Assembly: GCA_038087875.1 (NCBI GenBank)
Contig: CM075988.1
Location: 6,262,001 to 6,326,000 of the forward strand
Source of the DNA: Malacoraja senta
Taxonomy: Eukaryota
Length of the DNA stretch: 64,000 bases
Direction: 5' to 3'
Shown here: piece after piece, positions 1 through 13,028 of the stretch
Position numbering within the stretch: the stretch's first letter is position 1
Layout: every line of letters begins with the position of its first letter
The notes under the pieces: model-generated
What the model saw: the letters and a program-made list of their open reading frames with translations, nothing else
Databases searched by the model: none
Told to the model about the DNA's origin: nothing
Translations under genes and position numbers: made by a program

Positions 1-27
1 CACACACACACACACACACACACATAC

Positions 28-61
<34 letters not shown>

Positions 62-250
62 ACACTCACACACACACACACACACTCACAAACAAGCACA
101 CACACACTCACACACACATACATACACACACACATACACTCACAAACACATAGACACTCACACAGACACACACACTCACACACACATACACTCACATCCA
201 CACACACTCACAAACACATACACACACACACACTCACTGACTCACACACC
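1..250. repeat. (CA)n-rich degenerate microsatellite
   Basis: Direct reading: CA dinucleotide run with CT/TA variants, truncated by the window start. Confidence 0.97.
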
Positions 251-254
251 ATAT

Positions 255-986
255 ATATGGCAGTAAACTTTCTTGAATACTCACACGGCTGAGCGCGGCC
301 TCTCCACTTTGGGGCTTCCGCAGTCAGTGGCACTTCCGCAATCAGCGTGACCTCTGCACTTACCGGAAATTACGCAATCAGCGCGACTTCTGCACTCACC
401 GAAAATTACGCAATCAGCGCGACCTGTCCACTAAGTCACGAAATGAGCGGGACTTTTGAACCAAACACAGTCGGACCTAATAAAACATTTATTCCTTCCA
501 AACACAGTTGGACCTAATAAAGCATTGCAGTTTCAAGCACAGGCAGGGCAGCAGGCCAAACAACTCATGGCATTGTCATTAAGGGCTAACAAATCATTTA
601 TTGCAAATACATTGCAGACTCACAGTTCAGTTGATTCATAGCTTAGAATGAGAGTCGTGGCCTCGCCCTCGCGATCTTGCAGAGTGACTGAGTCACATCC
701 AGGCATCCGGGGTTTTATAGTCCTGCCCCCCCCCCCCCACTCCTCCCCTCCGGAAGGGGCATTACCTTCATTGCGGTGATTGATAGGCGAGAGGATCTCA
801 AGGTTTTTTAAACACTCAGAACTTTTTTATTTTTAATCGATGGGAAAAATCCTCGTGGCCTGCTCAGCGGAGGAGGACTGTGAGTAAGATGGCCAAAATC
901 ATAACAATATATGGTAGCATTTTTTCTAAAGTCAATATACAGCGCAGACAGGAAGTGGTCAAGATGAAACTTTTAATTACTTAGAT
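255..986 (-). mobile_element. Putative non-autonomous Helitron-like element (5' part) with an internal 36-bp tandem repeat
   Basis: Minus strand begins A|TCTAAGTAATTAAAAG at about 985, resembling Helitron 5' TC termini. About 2.5 copies of caatcagcgtgacctctgcacttaccggaaattacg lie at 339-430. No 3' CTRR end identified. Confidence 0.4.
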
Positions 987-1269
987 TTCATCCTTTAGCC
1001 TCCCTGAAGGAGACAAGATTTTCACTGTTAAATGCTATAAAAATGCAGGTTTTTTTGTTTTTTTTAATCTTCAACTATTTGATGCCCATCACAGTCCGCC
1101 AGGTATTCCATGTGACTCCATAGGTGTATCCCATGACTGTCTGCACTGCACTGTTTCATCACCAGGCCTGGTAGTTGTTGCCTTTAGCACACGTGCCAGA
1201 CAGCACAGGCTAGGAGTGTGCAAAGCAGAAAAGAATCATGATCCTGAATGCTAATTAACTACTGCAAGA

Positions 1270-3305
<2,036 letters not shown>

Positions 3306-3419
3306 CTGAAGGTGAGGATATGACTGACATTCAGTTGTTAAACTCTCTGATCAGGACAACCACATTGTACTGCATTTTGGCACCATTCTAATGCAGTGGA
3401 GCAAAGCTTCAGGAAATCT

Positions 3420-3548
3420 AGTTTAGTGTAGTTTAGTTTAGTTTATTGTCACGTGCACCGAGGTACAGTGAAAAGCTTTTGTTGCGTGCTAACCAGTCAG
3501 CAGAAAGATAATACATGATTACAATCGAGCCGCCCACAGTGTACAATG
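3420..3548 (-). mobile_element. Rex1/Babar-type LINE 3' tail fragment
   Basis: Reverse complement of the recurrent tail ...cttttcactgtacctcggt..acgtgacaataaactaaact, which follows Rex1-like coding sequence at 47440-47970. Confidence 0.65.
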
Positions 3549-4034
3549 TAACTATCAGCTGAACCCTGACAGATGAAACTGTGGAGGAGGCAAGTCTGTG
3601 CAGAGACTTGACCTTTCCCTTCCATCGCACATTCCCTCCTACCCTCCCAGCGGTTCTTTTTTAATCTCTATAAAATGCCAAGCACCACATTAATTTTGCT
3701 TTTGCTCCGGCCTTCCTTCCTGGATAATTAGTCCCATTATTTTCCAAACCATCACTGCCTGTTGGAAGCTGCTAATGAATGCCGGGCTGCCGCTTCCTAT
3801 TAGACAGAGTCCCAGCCAAGCTTGATTGACCTGTCAGAGGGCATTTGGAATTCTGAATCTGAGCTGGTTCATCATGTGCTAGATGCTTTATGCATTTTGT
3901 AATGCAGGGAGCAGTCTTAATTGACCTCACTGCCAACCCCAGCTCAACAGAAATGGGGACGACAGGGCTCACAATCAGAGTAACAAACATGTCTTGCCCC
4001 AGCTTGTCTTGCGGCAGCTTTGAAATGGGTCAGG

Positions 4035-4325
4035 GTTGGCACGGTGACGCAGTGGGAGTGTTCCTGCCTTACAACACCAGGCTTCACTCCTGTACGGAGT
4101 TTGTACGTTCTCCCTGTGACCACGTGGGTTTTCCTTGTGTGCTCCGGTTTCCTCCCGCACTCCAAAGACGTACAGGTTTGTAGGTTAATTGGCTTTGGTT
4201 AAAACTGTAAATTGTCTCTAGTGTGTAGGATGGTGTTAGTGTAGGGGAATCGCTGGTCGGCGTGGACTCGGTGGGCGGAAGGGCCTGTTTCCTCGGTGTA
4301 TATCTACACTAAACTAAACTAAACT
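4035..4325 (+). mobile_element. tRNA-derived HE1/V-SINE-like element
   Basis: ggcacggtg head, V-domain-like ggagtttgtacgttctccc...ggtttcctccc, CR1-like tail gaagggcctgtttcc and (ctaaa)n end. Confidence 0.85.
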
Positions 4326-4709
4326 GCGTCATGAGATGAGGAAACCTAGGGACAGTTTCTTCCCAACTGTTATCAGACAACTGAACCTCCTCTCACCAAC
4401 TAGAGAGCGGTCCTGAACTACCATTAGAGACCATCAAACTATGTTTAATCGGACTTGGACTTTACTTTGCACCAAACATTATACCCTTTATCCTGTATCT
4501 GTTGGGACTGTGTAATGGCCCCAAAACCTGGCGACTCTTGCATAGAGACTGTTTCTATGCATTATGTACTTAACCAGAGATTTTACTTATTTATGGCAAT
4601 AATCTTACTAATCTGAATGCAAAAAAAACAATCTCACTGCACCTTGGTACATGTGTAGCAACCATTGGACCATTACATTGAACAGTGAGCCTAGAACTGG
4701 ACGCGAAAT

Positions 4710-4912
4710 AAAAATATTATCTTTAACATGGTGCCTCTGTTGATCATAGGATTCCCAAGAGCAATTCACAGTTAATTAAGTACTTCAGTGTGTAATTATT
4801 ATTGCAATGCAGGAATGATTAAAGCCAGTTTACACACAGCACACTTCCAAATTCATCCACATGACAGTGACCAGATTAGTGGATAGATCGGTCACGATGA
4901 TGGGATATTTTC
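4710..4912 (-). mobile_element. Ancient Deu-domain (SacSINE1/AmnSINE1-like) SINE, left piece
   Basis: Degenerate match to recalled family motifs (cccaagagc..cacag..aagtactt..gcaatgcagg..gccagtttacacacagca..tgaccagatt). Continues at about 6155-6335. Confidence 0.55.
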
Positions 4913-4922
4913 CTTGTAGAAA

Positions 4923-5559
4923 CAGAGATACATAGAAAAATAGGTGCAGGAGTAAGCCATTCTGCCCTTCGAGCCAGCACCGCCATTCAATATGGTCGTG
5001 GCTGATCATCTAAAATCAGCTCCTCGTTCCTGCTTTTTCTCCACATCCCTTGATTCCTTTAGCCCTAAGAGTTAAATCTAACTTTCACTTGAAAACATCC
5101 AGCAAATTGGCCTCCACTGCCTTCTGTGGCAGATAATTCCACCGGTTCACCACTGTCTGGGTGAAGTTTTTCCTCATCTCAGTCCTGAATGGCCTACCGC
5201 TTATTCTTAAACTGTGGCCTCTGGTTCTGGACTCCCCAAACATCGGGAACATTTTTCCTGCATCTAGCCTGTCCAATCCTTTAAGAATTTTATATGTTTC
5301 TATAAGATCCCGTCATCCTTCTAAATTCCAGTGAATACAAGCCCAGTCGACCCATTCTTTCATCATATGTCAGTCCCGCCATCCCGGGAATTAACCCGAT
5401 GAACCCACGCTGCACTCCCTCAATAGCAATAATGTCCTTCCTCAAATATGTGGTATTGCACACAATACTCCAGGTGCGGTCACACCAGGGCTCTGTACAA
5501 CTGCAGTAGGACCTTTTTGCTCCTAAACTCAAATCCTCACGCAAAGAAGGCCAACATGC
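4923..5559 (-). mobile_element. CR1 (HER1-like) LINE 3' fragment
   Basis: Minus-strand ORF pieces LRKDIIAIEGVQRGF..GLYSLEFRRM and GESRTRGHSLRI, followed by the CR1 3' UTR. Confidence 0.92.
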
Positions 5560-5734
5560 AGAAACAAGGAACTGCAGACTTAGTCTGAAGAAGGATCTTG
5601 ACCCGAAACATCAGGTTTAGATCTAGGTTTAGATTTATTATTGTCACATGAGCCGAGATACAGTGAAAAGCTTTGTTTTGCATGCTAACCAATCTATCGA
5701 GTAATATTAAAGATGCTCATTTATTTTTTTTTTT

Positions 5735-6050
5735 TTTTAGTTTTAGAGATGCAGCGTGGAAACAGGCCTTTTCTGCCCATCGTACCCTCTGCCCATCGAC
5801 TAGCAATCCCCGCACAGTAACACTATCCTATACTCACTAGGGACAATTTTACACTTTTTTACACCAAGCTAATTAACATATAAAGCTGTACGTCTTTGGA
5901 GTGTAGGAGGAAACCGAAGATCTCGGAGAAAACCCACGCAGTCACGAGGAGAACGTACAAACTCCGTACAGACAGCACCCGTAGTCGGGATCGACCCCGG
6001 GTCTCCGGTGCTGTAACAACAACTCCACCGCCGTGCCACTGTGCTGCCCA
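5735..6050 (-). mobile_element. HE1/V-SINE-like element
   Basis: Reverse complement of the SINE consensus, including B-box-like ggtcgatcc and the V domain. Confidence 0.88.
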
Positions 6051-6154
6051 AGCCATTCATAAATACAACATTGAGAGGAAGAAATTATATTTATTCATGT
6101 TCTCCTGAGATGCTGCTTGACCCTCTGAGTCTACTCCAATGATCTGAGGCTTTT

Positions 6155-6335
6155 TTGGGGATACCTCCCTTGGCCTTCTTCAAAATAGTGTCATAGGATC
6201 TTCTGAGAGAGGTGAGAGTTGGTTTCACATTTTTTTCAAGTGGGAAACCACTCACAATAAACATGTCTCAACCTACTCACGTCTCTCACGTGAGAGTTTG
6301 GACCTGCACACCCTGTGGCCACAACTAACAGCTGA
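6155..6335 (-). mobile_element. Ancient Deu-domain SINE, right piece
   Basis: ggggatacctccc..cttcttcaaaatagtgtcataggatctt..ctgagag resembles the segment that follows the 4710-4912 piece in this family. Confidence 0.5.
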
Positions 6336-6469
6336 GGTTTTTATTTAATTAATTGCCCAGAAGTTCCTGAGGAAAACAGTTCCTGAGTTGATTTATTGTT
6401 TTAGAAAGTAATTGCATTAAAAAAAACTGGGGCGGAAGACTAACTGTACAAGGCGAGGGAGAACAAGTA

Positions 6470-6930
6470 CTCAGCGACAATGGGGATATCAGAGCTAAGA
6501 AAGGAGAAATTAGTGAATTCAATCTTCATACCATTGGTTTATAAGCTACACAAGCGGAATGTGAGGGGCTGTTCCTCCAGTTAACATGTGGCCTCTCTCT
6601 CCAGAGAGAGATGACCAGGAAGGTTGAGTGGAGATCTTCAGTGGAGTGAACAACATGGATCACGAGGGAATATGTGTTTGGTACTTTCTAGTGCCCAATC
6701 CATATACCTTCTTTACTATTTATTGAGGTGATAGGCCAAACATGGCAGCCTTAAACCCTAAAGCACATAAAACTGTCCTAGACCCATCAGGGTGATAGGG
6801 AGTTACAATGGATGGCAACCAGGAGATCTTGCAGGCCATGGTGGACCAAAGGTAAGCTGAGCTTCTAATACACCTCAATTGACAACTTCAATTGCAAGAG
6901 ACAAGAGTGTTTTATTGTTACATGTCCTGA
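6470..6930 (-). mobile_element. Degenerate Penelope-like GIY-YIG 3' fragment, interrupted at about 6608-6780
   Basis: Minus strand resembles the EEQHLIFRLGSLQP-GMNIEF C-terminus. A homologous inverted copy lies at about 25040-25310. Confidence 0.6.
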
Positions 6931-7039
6931 AATGGCTTTACTCTGTAAAACCCATAATAAACATCCAAAAAAAAGATAAGTATATATATGAAAAAATAAA
7001 GAGAAATAAACAAACAATAGCAGTGCAAAGTCAAACATA

Positions 7040-7295
7040 ATGCCCCCAAGTTTATTTAGTTTGGATCCTATTTGGAAGTTGTGTTGTTTAATAGCTTGAT
7101 GGTTGTGGGGAAGTAGCTGCTCCTGTACCTGGATGTTCCAGTTTACAGGCTCCTATACCATCTTCCCGATGGCAGGAGTGAAACGAGAGCATGGCCAGAG
7201 TGGTGTGGGTCTCCGATGATGCCGACTGCCTTCTTGAAGGAGCAACTCTTGCAGTTCCCTTCGATGGTGGGGAGGTCGGTACCTGTGATGGACTA
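7040..7295 (-). mobile_element. Rex1/Babar-type LINE 3' fragment
   Basis: Minus strand resembles HHSGHALVSLLPSGRWYRS...RNSYFPTTIKLLN, the Rex1 ORF C-terminus. Confidence 0.75.
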
Positions 7296-7713
7296 AGCTT
7301 CTTGCAATTTATTTTCGTTCCTGGGCATGTTCCTGGACTGGAATGGGTTAGCAAAGTAGGCCGTTATGGATAAGGTTGAAATCCAAAGGGTTTTCTCAAG
7401 CATTGTTTGAATTATGCCAAAGGTTTTGTTGACCTTTCCTTGAGATGACCAGGAAGGTTGAGTGGAGATCTTCAGTGGAGTAGACAACATTGATCATGAA
7501 GGGAATAGATGCTGGTAGTTTCTTATGCTCAATCCTTATACCTTCTATTCTATCCATTGAGATGATCGGCCGAACATGGCAAACTTAAACCTTAAAGCAA
7601 GTAAAACTGTACCGTTTCCCAGAATCATGATCATATTACTGGAATCATCGACTACCACTTGTTACCTGATCTTGATCGCAGGTAATAAAGATAATGAACA
7701 TAGAACACTAAAG

Positions 7714-8728
7714 TCAAGTCAAGTCACTTTTATTTATATAGCACATTTAAAAAACAACTCTCGTTGGCCCAAGTGCTTTACATTGGTATAAGAATAGTAT
7801 AACAAACAACAGTGGTTCATAGATGAAATACAAACATCACTACATACATATAGCCCTCGCTCAGAGGATGTCAAGAAAGGCTTGGGAGTACAGATGAGTT
7901 TTTAGTCTCGACTTAAAGGAGTCGATGGAGGGGGCAGTTCTGATGGCAAGGGGGATGCTGTTCCACAGTCTAGGAGCTGCAACCGCAAAGGCGCGGTCGC
8001 CCCTGAGCTTATGCCTAGACCGCGGGATATTCAGCAACCCCAAGTCGGCCGATCTGAGGGACCTGGAGGTGGTGTGGTGGGTGAGCAGACTTTTGATGTA
8101 GGTGGGGGCAAGCCCATTGAGGGCTTTGTAGACATGGAGGAGGATCTTGAAATTTATTCGGAGCCAGTGGAGAGAGGCCAGGATCGGGGTGATGTGGTCC
8201 CTTTTTCGGGTGCCCGTCAGGAGTCTCGCTGCGGCGTTTTGGACCAGTTGCAGGCGGGACAGGGAAGATTGGCTGATGCCAGTGAAAAGGGAGTTGCAGT
8301 AATCTAGGCGGGAGGAGATAAATGTGTGGATGATCTTTTCGAGGTCATCAAACTGGAGGAATTGTTTTATTTTAGCTATCGTCCGAAGCTGGAAGAAGCT
8401 AGCTTTTACCACGGCATTGACTTGTTTGTCAAATTTCAGTGCTGAGTCAAATATCACGCCAAAGTTTTTGACGTGAGGTTTGAGTAGTGGGGTAAGGCTT
8501 CCAAGGCTGCCTGCTATCATTTTGATTGAGTCCGAGGGGCCGAGAAGGATGACCTCAGACTTACTCTCGTTTAGTTGGAGGAAGTTCTGGGCCATCCAAC
8601 ACTTTATATCCTCGATGCAGTGGGTAAGGTTAAGCAGATTTGATTGTTTTTTTGGGCTTCAGGGGGAGATAGAGTTGTGTATCGTCTGCGTAGCTGTGGA
8701 AGGAAATGCCGTGCCTTTCAATGACGGC
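7714..8728 (-). mobile_element. L2-clade LINE, 5'-truncated, well preserved
   Basis: HGISFHSYADDTQLY at about 8665-8715, a frameshift in an A run, then a 244-aa open ORF (SRLDYCNSL, LQLVQNAAARLL, GDRAFAVAAPRLWN). L2 tail with (gactt)n; candidate TSD ctaaag at 7708-7713 and 8729-8734. Confidence 0.92.
7861..8595 (-). CDS. L2 LINE reverse transcriptase C-terminal region (partial, transposon-derived)
   Basis: ORF track 244 aa with characteristic L2 motifs. Confidence 0.85.
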   Translation of the reverse strand: MAQNFLQLNESKSEVILLGPSDSIKMIAGSLGSLTPLLKPHVKNFGVIFDSALKFDKQVNAVVKASFFQLRTIAKIKQFLQFDDLEKIIHTFISSRLDYCNSLFTGISQSSLSRLQLVQNAAARLLTGTRKRDHITPILASLHWLRINFKILLHVYKALNGLAPTYIKSLLTHHTTSRSLRSADLGLLNIPRSRHKLRGDRAFAVAAPRLWNSIPLAIRTAPSIDSFKSRLKTHLYSQAFLDIL

Positions 8729-8794
8729 CTAAAGCACGGAACAGACCCTTCAGCCCGCAATGTCAGTGCTGAACATGATGCCAAGATAACCAGT

Positions 8795-9003
8795 GTAGGA
8801 AGGAACTGCAGATGCTGGTTTAAACCAAGATTGACACAAAAAGCTGGAGTAACTTGGCGGGACAGGCAGCATCTGTGGAGAGAAGGAATGGGTGACATTT
8901 CGGGTCGAGAACCTTCTTCAGACTGGGAGTCAGTTTTGACCCAAAACGTCACCCATTCCTTCTCTCCAGGGATGCTGCCTGTCACGCTGAGTTACTCCAT
9001 CCT
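8795..9003. mobile_element. Penelope-derived inverted terminal-repeat pair with hammerhead-like motif
   Basis: Arms at about 8845-8906 and 8937-8999 are reverse complements. Minus strand 8891-8924 reads ctgaaga-aggttctcgaccc-gaaa-tgtc. Confidence 0.75.
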
Positions 9004-9019
9004 GTTATGGTAATGCCAA

Positions 9020-9180
9020 GGTAAACTAATCTATTTGGGAGGAAACTGGAGCACCCAGAGGAAACCTACAAGGTCACAGGGAGAGCGTGCAGATACCACA
9101 CAGACAGAACTCGAGGTCAAGATTGAACTTGTGTCTCTGGCGCTGTGAGGTGGTGGCTCTACCAGCTGCACCACTGGTGC
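9020..9180 (-). mobile_element. HE1/V-SINE-like fragment
   Basis: Reverse complement of the SINE head and V domain. Confidence 0.75.
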
Positions 9181-9354
9181 TGTCCAATTACCGGAATTAT
9201 CTGCCAACATATGTTCCACAAACAATATCGCGAAGAGCTGACCCCAATGGCAAGATCTGACACCAATGCAGGTCTTGAGAGATGACATTACTGGGACTAA
9301 ACTTTAGCAGTCCGCACTACACTGAAAGGCTTACATCGTCCCTCTTCCCTCTGT

Positions 9355-9554
9355 GTGGCACGGTGGCACAGCGGTAGAGTTGCTGCCTTACTGCGCTTGC
9401 AGCGCTGGAGACCCGGGTTCGATCCCGACCACGGGTGCTGTCTGTATGGAGTTTGTACGTTCTCCGTGACCGCATGGGTTTTCTCCGAGATCTTCGGTTT
9501 CCTCCCGAAGACGTACAGGTTTGTAGGCTAATTGGATTGGTATCAATATAAAAT
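9355..9554 (+). mobile_element. HE1/V-SINE-like element, 5' half (split by DIRS)
   Basis: A box tggcacagcggt, B box ggttcgatcc and V domain; breaks off at ...atataaaat. Confidence 0.9.
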
Positions 9555-9730
9555 AGTAAGATTAAACGAGACCAGTTTGAAGTTTGATCTTTATTTTATG
9601 AGGAGTTACGATGAGGGATTACGTGAAGAAGACCCCGTCCAGCCGCATGCGCGTCAATCTTCAAAGCAGTGGTGTGAAATCACAGGTAATAACAATTGAA
9701 GTATAATAGTAAGATTAGAGAAGACTAGAA

Positions 9731-10093
9731 CTACCAGATGACTTTTATGAGGGTTGGGAGCGGAGGATCCAAATATTTTTGGAACATCACTTCACTTGAC
9801 CATCCTGCGGCCGCGAGAATATTGTCTATAGGGACGTCCATTGCCCTGGCCGCTGATGTTGATGCCGCCCTGGTGGAATGAGATTTAAAATTGTCAGTGT
9901 CAATACCAGCATAGACCAGAACCTGCTTCAGCCACCTTGAAATAGTCTGAACCGATACCTTACTATGCGGTGTTTTGTGGCTAATAAACAATGCTGATTC
10001 CGCACCTCTTAGGGTTCTGGTGACATTGATGTAATATAACAAATGTGACATCACACATAGGCGGGAATCCGTAGGGTATGCCGCAAAAATAAT
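9731..10093 (-). pseudogene. DIRS tyrosine recombinase, C-terminal fragment only
   Basis: LFISH, TISRWLK, FKSHSTRAASTS (HxxR), AAGWSS and terminal FQKY motifs. The N-terminal part is absent. Confidence 0.9.
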
Positions 10094-10175
10094 CCTCCCC
10101 AATGCAGCGAGAATGCATCGACCGCTGCTGCCCCAGGATCTGGTTCCCATGAAACATATTTAGGTAACTGGTGGT

Positions 10176-11864
10176 TTAGTCTGGATGAAAACAATCGATA
10201 TCTGGCATCCCAAACCGAGCCACAACATCGTTAAATATCTCATGATTCAACATCCATTCTGTGTTGTCATTGAATTGGCGTGACCTTGTGTCTGCCACTA
10301 TGTTGAATCTACCTGGTAAATAGATTGCTGACAGCCAAATGTCTCTGGTAATACACCAGCTCCAAATCAGATTTGCCAATCTATCACAAGATTCTGACTT
10401 GATTCCACCCATATGATTAACATACGCCACAGCTGTAGTGTTGTCAATCTGAACCTGAACATGCAAGTGACCCTTAGTAGAGCAATAAGCTTTAAGCCCA
10501 TAAAATGTCCCCAAAAGCTCTAAATAACTAATCCCTCGTAATTGCAGAAGAGGTGCTTCTTGCCTCTTCCATCTGCCTCCACAGCTGGAAATAGTATCCG
10601 TAGCAGCCCAACCTAGAGCACTAACATCAGTCTGTAAGACAATGGAAAGTGGGTCAACCAGAATTTTGCTGGAACTACTTGAGACATTCATGATCCACCA
10701 TTGTACTTCAGCAATGGCTTCAGCTGATAATTCCATGGGCCTGTCAAAATGACCTGAATGTGTCCTCAGTGCCTGTTCTTTTGCTCTTTGTAATTGCTGG
10801 TAATGCAGAGGTCCAAACTGCACACCTGGAAAAGAAGCCACAAATTTGCCAATCAAGCTTGCCACTTGTCTAATTGAAGGTCGTTGTTCTCCAATGAGCT
10901 TAATACAGCCTTCAATTAACTGCAGCCTTTTATCCTTGGGCAGAGTCACTAACATGTGCTCTGAGTTAATAGTGAAACCCAAGTAATTAATAACTTTGCC
11001 TGGTGTTAATTTGGACTTATCTGGGTGAATGATGAACCCCAATTTTTCAAAAATGAGCTTCACAACTGAAATGAATGTTTCAGCTTCGTCCCGAGTCTTT
11101 CCTACAATTAAAATATTGTCCAAATAGACCATTACAATATGACCCTGAGCCCGAAATAGCCCCAGGACTGGTTTTAACAATTTGGTAAATAATCTAGGAG
11201 CTGAGGTTAATCCATTAGGCAGTGCTTTGAATTGCCACAATGGACTCATCCAGCTAAATTTCAAATATCTCCTGTCATCGCAATGAACAGACACTGAGTA
11301 ATATGCATCGTTAAGATCTATGCTTGCCATATAACAACTTCTGGAAACCAGTTGTATAGCCGTGGCAAAAGTTTCCATCTTGAAATGTCTAAATTGTACA
11401 AAGGGGTTAAGGCTTGTCAGGTCTAGAATGATTCTACATCCTCCATCCTTTTTTGACCTAGGAAAAATATTTGACACAAATTGGTGCAGTTGACGAACCG
11501 ACCTCTCAATTACCCCTTTATTGCATCGTTTTTCAAGTTCTGCCTGTGTCTCGATATTTTCTTCCTGTGAGAAAATGAGTGTCCGGCTAGGAACATGCTG
11601 AGTGGGTGGACACAAATTGGGATATAATTCAATTCGAAACCCTTCAATACTGCACAGCACAAATGGATCTGAAGTAATCTCATGCCATTCTTTTCTAAAC
11701 AAGTGTAGTCTACCCCCAACTTGTCGGTGTTTTTCACTTAACATATTACTATCAGGAGCAAACCCACCTACCTGCATGGTTACCGGTGGAATTTGTTGCC
11801 CCCGGTTCCTCGTGGGTACATTCATGTTTGCCCGTGTGCCTGTAGCAGGGCGCCAGCTGCGCAT
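10176..11864 (-). CDS. DIRS pol: reverse transcriptase, RNase H and start of a methyltransferase-like domain (probably inactive)
   Basis: 562-aa ORF: RIILDL, FKMET, IDLNDAY, LPNGLTSAPRLFTK, YLDN in place of YLDD, and RNase H motifs QTD, YLEL, IDNTTAVAY. A frameshift at PDIDCF continues as SRLNHQLPKYVSWEPDPGAAAVDAFSLHWG to about 10097. Confidence 0.93.
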   Translation of the reverse strand: MRSWRPATGTRANMNVPTRNRGQQIPPVTMQVGGFAPDSNMLSEKHRQVGGRLHLFRKEWHEITSDPFVLCSIEGFRIELYPNLCPPTQHVPSRTLIFSQEENIETQAELEKRCNKGVIERSVRQLHQFVSNIFPRSKKDGGCRIILDLTSLNPFVQFRHFKMETFATAIQLVSRSCYMASIDLNDAYYSVSVHCDDRRYLKFSWMSPLWQFKALPNGLTSAPRLFTKLLKPVLGLFRAQGHIVMVYLDNILIVGKTRDEAETFISVVKLIFEKLGFIIHPDKSKLTPGKVINYLGFTINSEHMLVTLPKDKRLQLIEGCIKLIGEQRPSIRQVASLIGKFVASFPGVQFGPLHYQQLQRAKEQALRTHSGHFDRPMELSAEAIAEVQWWIMNVSSSSSKILVDPLSIVLQTDVSALGWAATDTISSCGGRWKRQEAPLLQLRGISYLELLGTFYGLKAYCSTKGHLHVQVQIDNTTAVAYVNHMGGIKSESCDRLANLIWSWCITRDIWLSAIYLPGRFNIVADTRSRQFNDNTEWMLNHEIFNDVVARFGMPDIDCFHPD

Positions 11865-11885
11865 ATTCGGGAATGAACGGCTCGT

Positions 11886-13028
11886 TCATTCACCAGCCCC
11901 AGTCATTGCACCCCATCGGTAGGGGAACTGCCTCCGAACCATTTTGCTGCCCATCGGCGCTTTGATTAACCCCACTGTCTTTGCCTCATCATCGAGCTCT
12001 TTTACTCGCTTTGCGAGGTCCTCCCCAAACAGCAGATTTGGCAGTCGAACATTGCTGGGCTTGCACAGCGCTGCAAATTTAGGGTGAATAGTAGGGCGTA
12101 TGGCACTTTTTCTCAAACAGTTCACTTCAAAATGTGCACTGCACAGAAGACCTAAAGCATCCTGCTGTGCTTCAGACAGGTGCCCCTCATCCACCGTTCT
12201 GGCGAACGCAGTAATGCCTGCAGCAAGCAACTTCAGCACCCGCTGGAGTTTTAATTCTTGTGCCCGAACACCAACTCCCATTTGGCCCCATATTACATGG
12301 TTAACTGTGGCTTATTTCAGTAAGCCACAGTTAACCGGGATTTCAGACCTCTTTGCGGTATCATCCATTGTCAGCTCTTGGAGCTGATGGGAGAGTAAAT
12401 AGTTCATCGTTGTGGCCAACTCCTCACCCAAAGGCTCCCCTGATTCTCTGGGGATAGCAAATTTTGCGGCCAAATTTGGTATTCCAATCTCATGCCCTTC
12501 ACCCCTTGGGCTCTGCTCACCCACTGATTCGGCGTCAGTGTAAACCTGACCCATCAAACGCTCCTCCTCCATGAGTGAGCGACTGAGCAGCCCTATTCCA
12601 GGCGCTGCTGGCACAGGCTCTCCAACAGCCCGGCGTGGACACCACTCCTCCTCCCGGAGTGTATCCTTTCCGAGCATCCTCTCCATCAGGAGCTCGATTT
12701 GAGATAACCGTGTAAGAACGGTCTCCCTTTGCGGAGGTGAATCCTCCTGGCCCGACTCGGAGTCAATGGGCCTCGCAGACTTAGAAGTATCCTTACGCCC
12801 GAACGGCGCGGCGACGGTGCTCACAGGCAACGTGTCTATAGTCGCTAGCCCCCCTGCTAACAACGGTACAGGTGAACTAGGCGGGCACCCGCTACCCGCA
12901 CTCCCTCGGTCTTCCAAGCTTTTACCAGCGGGTCGCCTCGCCTTCACCTTAGAAGCTTTCTGCATGTTAAACTCACCCTGAAAAACAAGCCTTTCCACCA
13001 GAAAGCAACCTCCAACTAAGTTGAGCAC
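11886..13028 (-). pseudogene. DIRS gag-like ORF1 with an in-frame stop
   Basis: ORFs 12312-13028 and 11886-12281 share a frame and are separated by one TAA at 12312-12314. Position upstream of pol and the LLFGEDLAKRVKEL motif fit DIRS gag. Confidence 0.8.

Noticed and set aside
9355..9430. tRNA-like A and B boxes here and in other SINE heads
   Set aside because: They continue directly into the SINE V domain, so they are SINE heads rather than tRNA genes.
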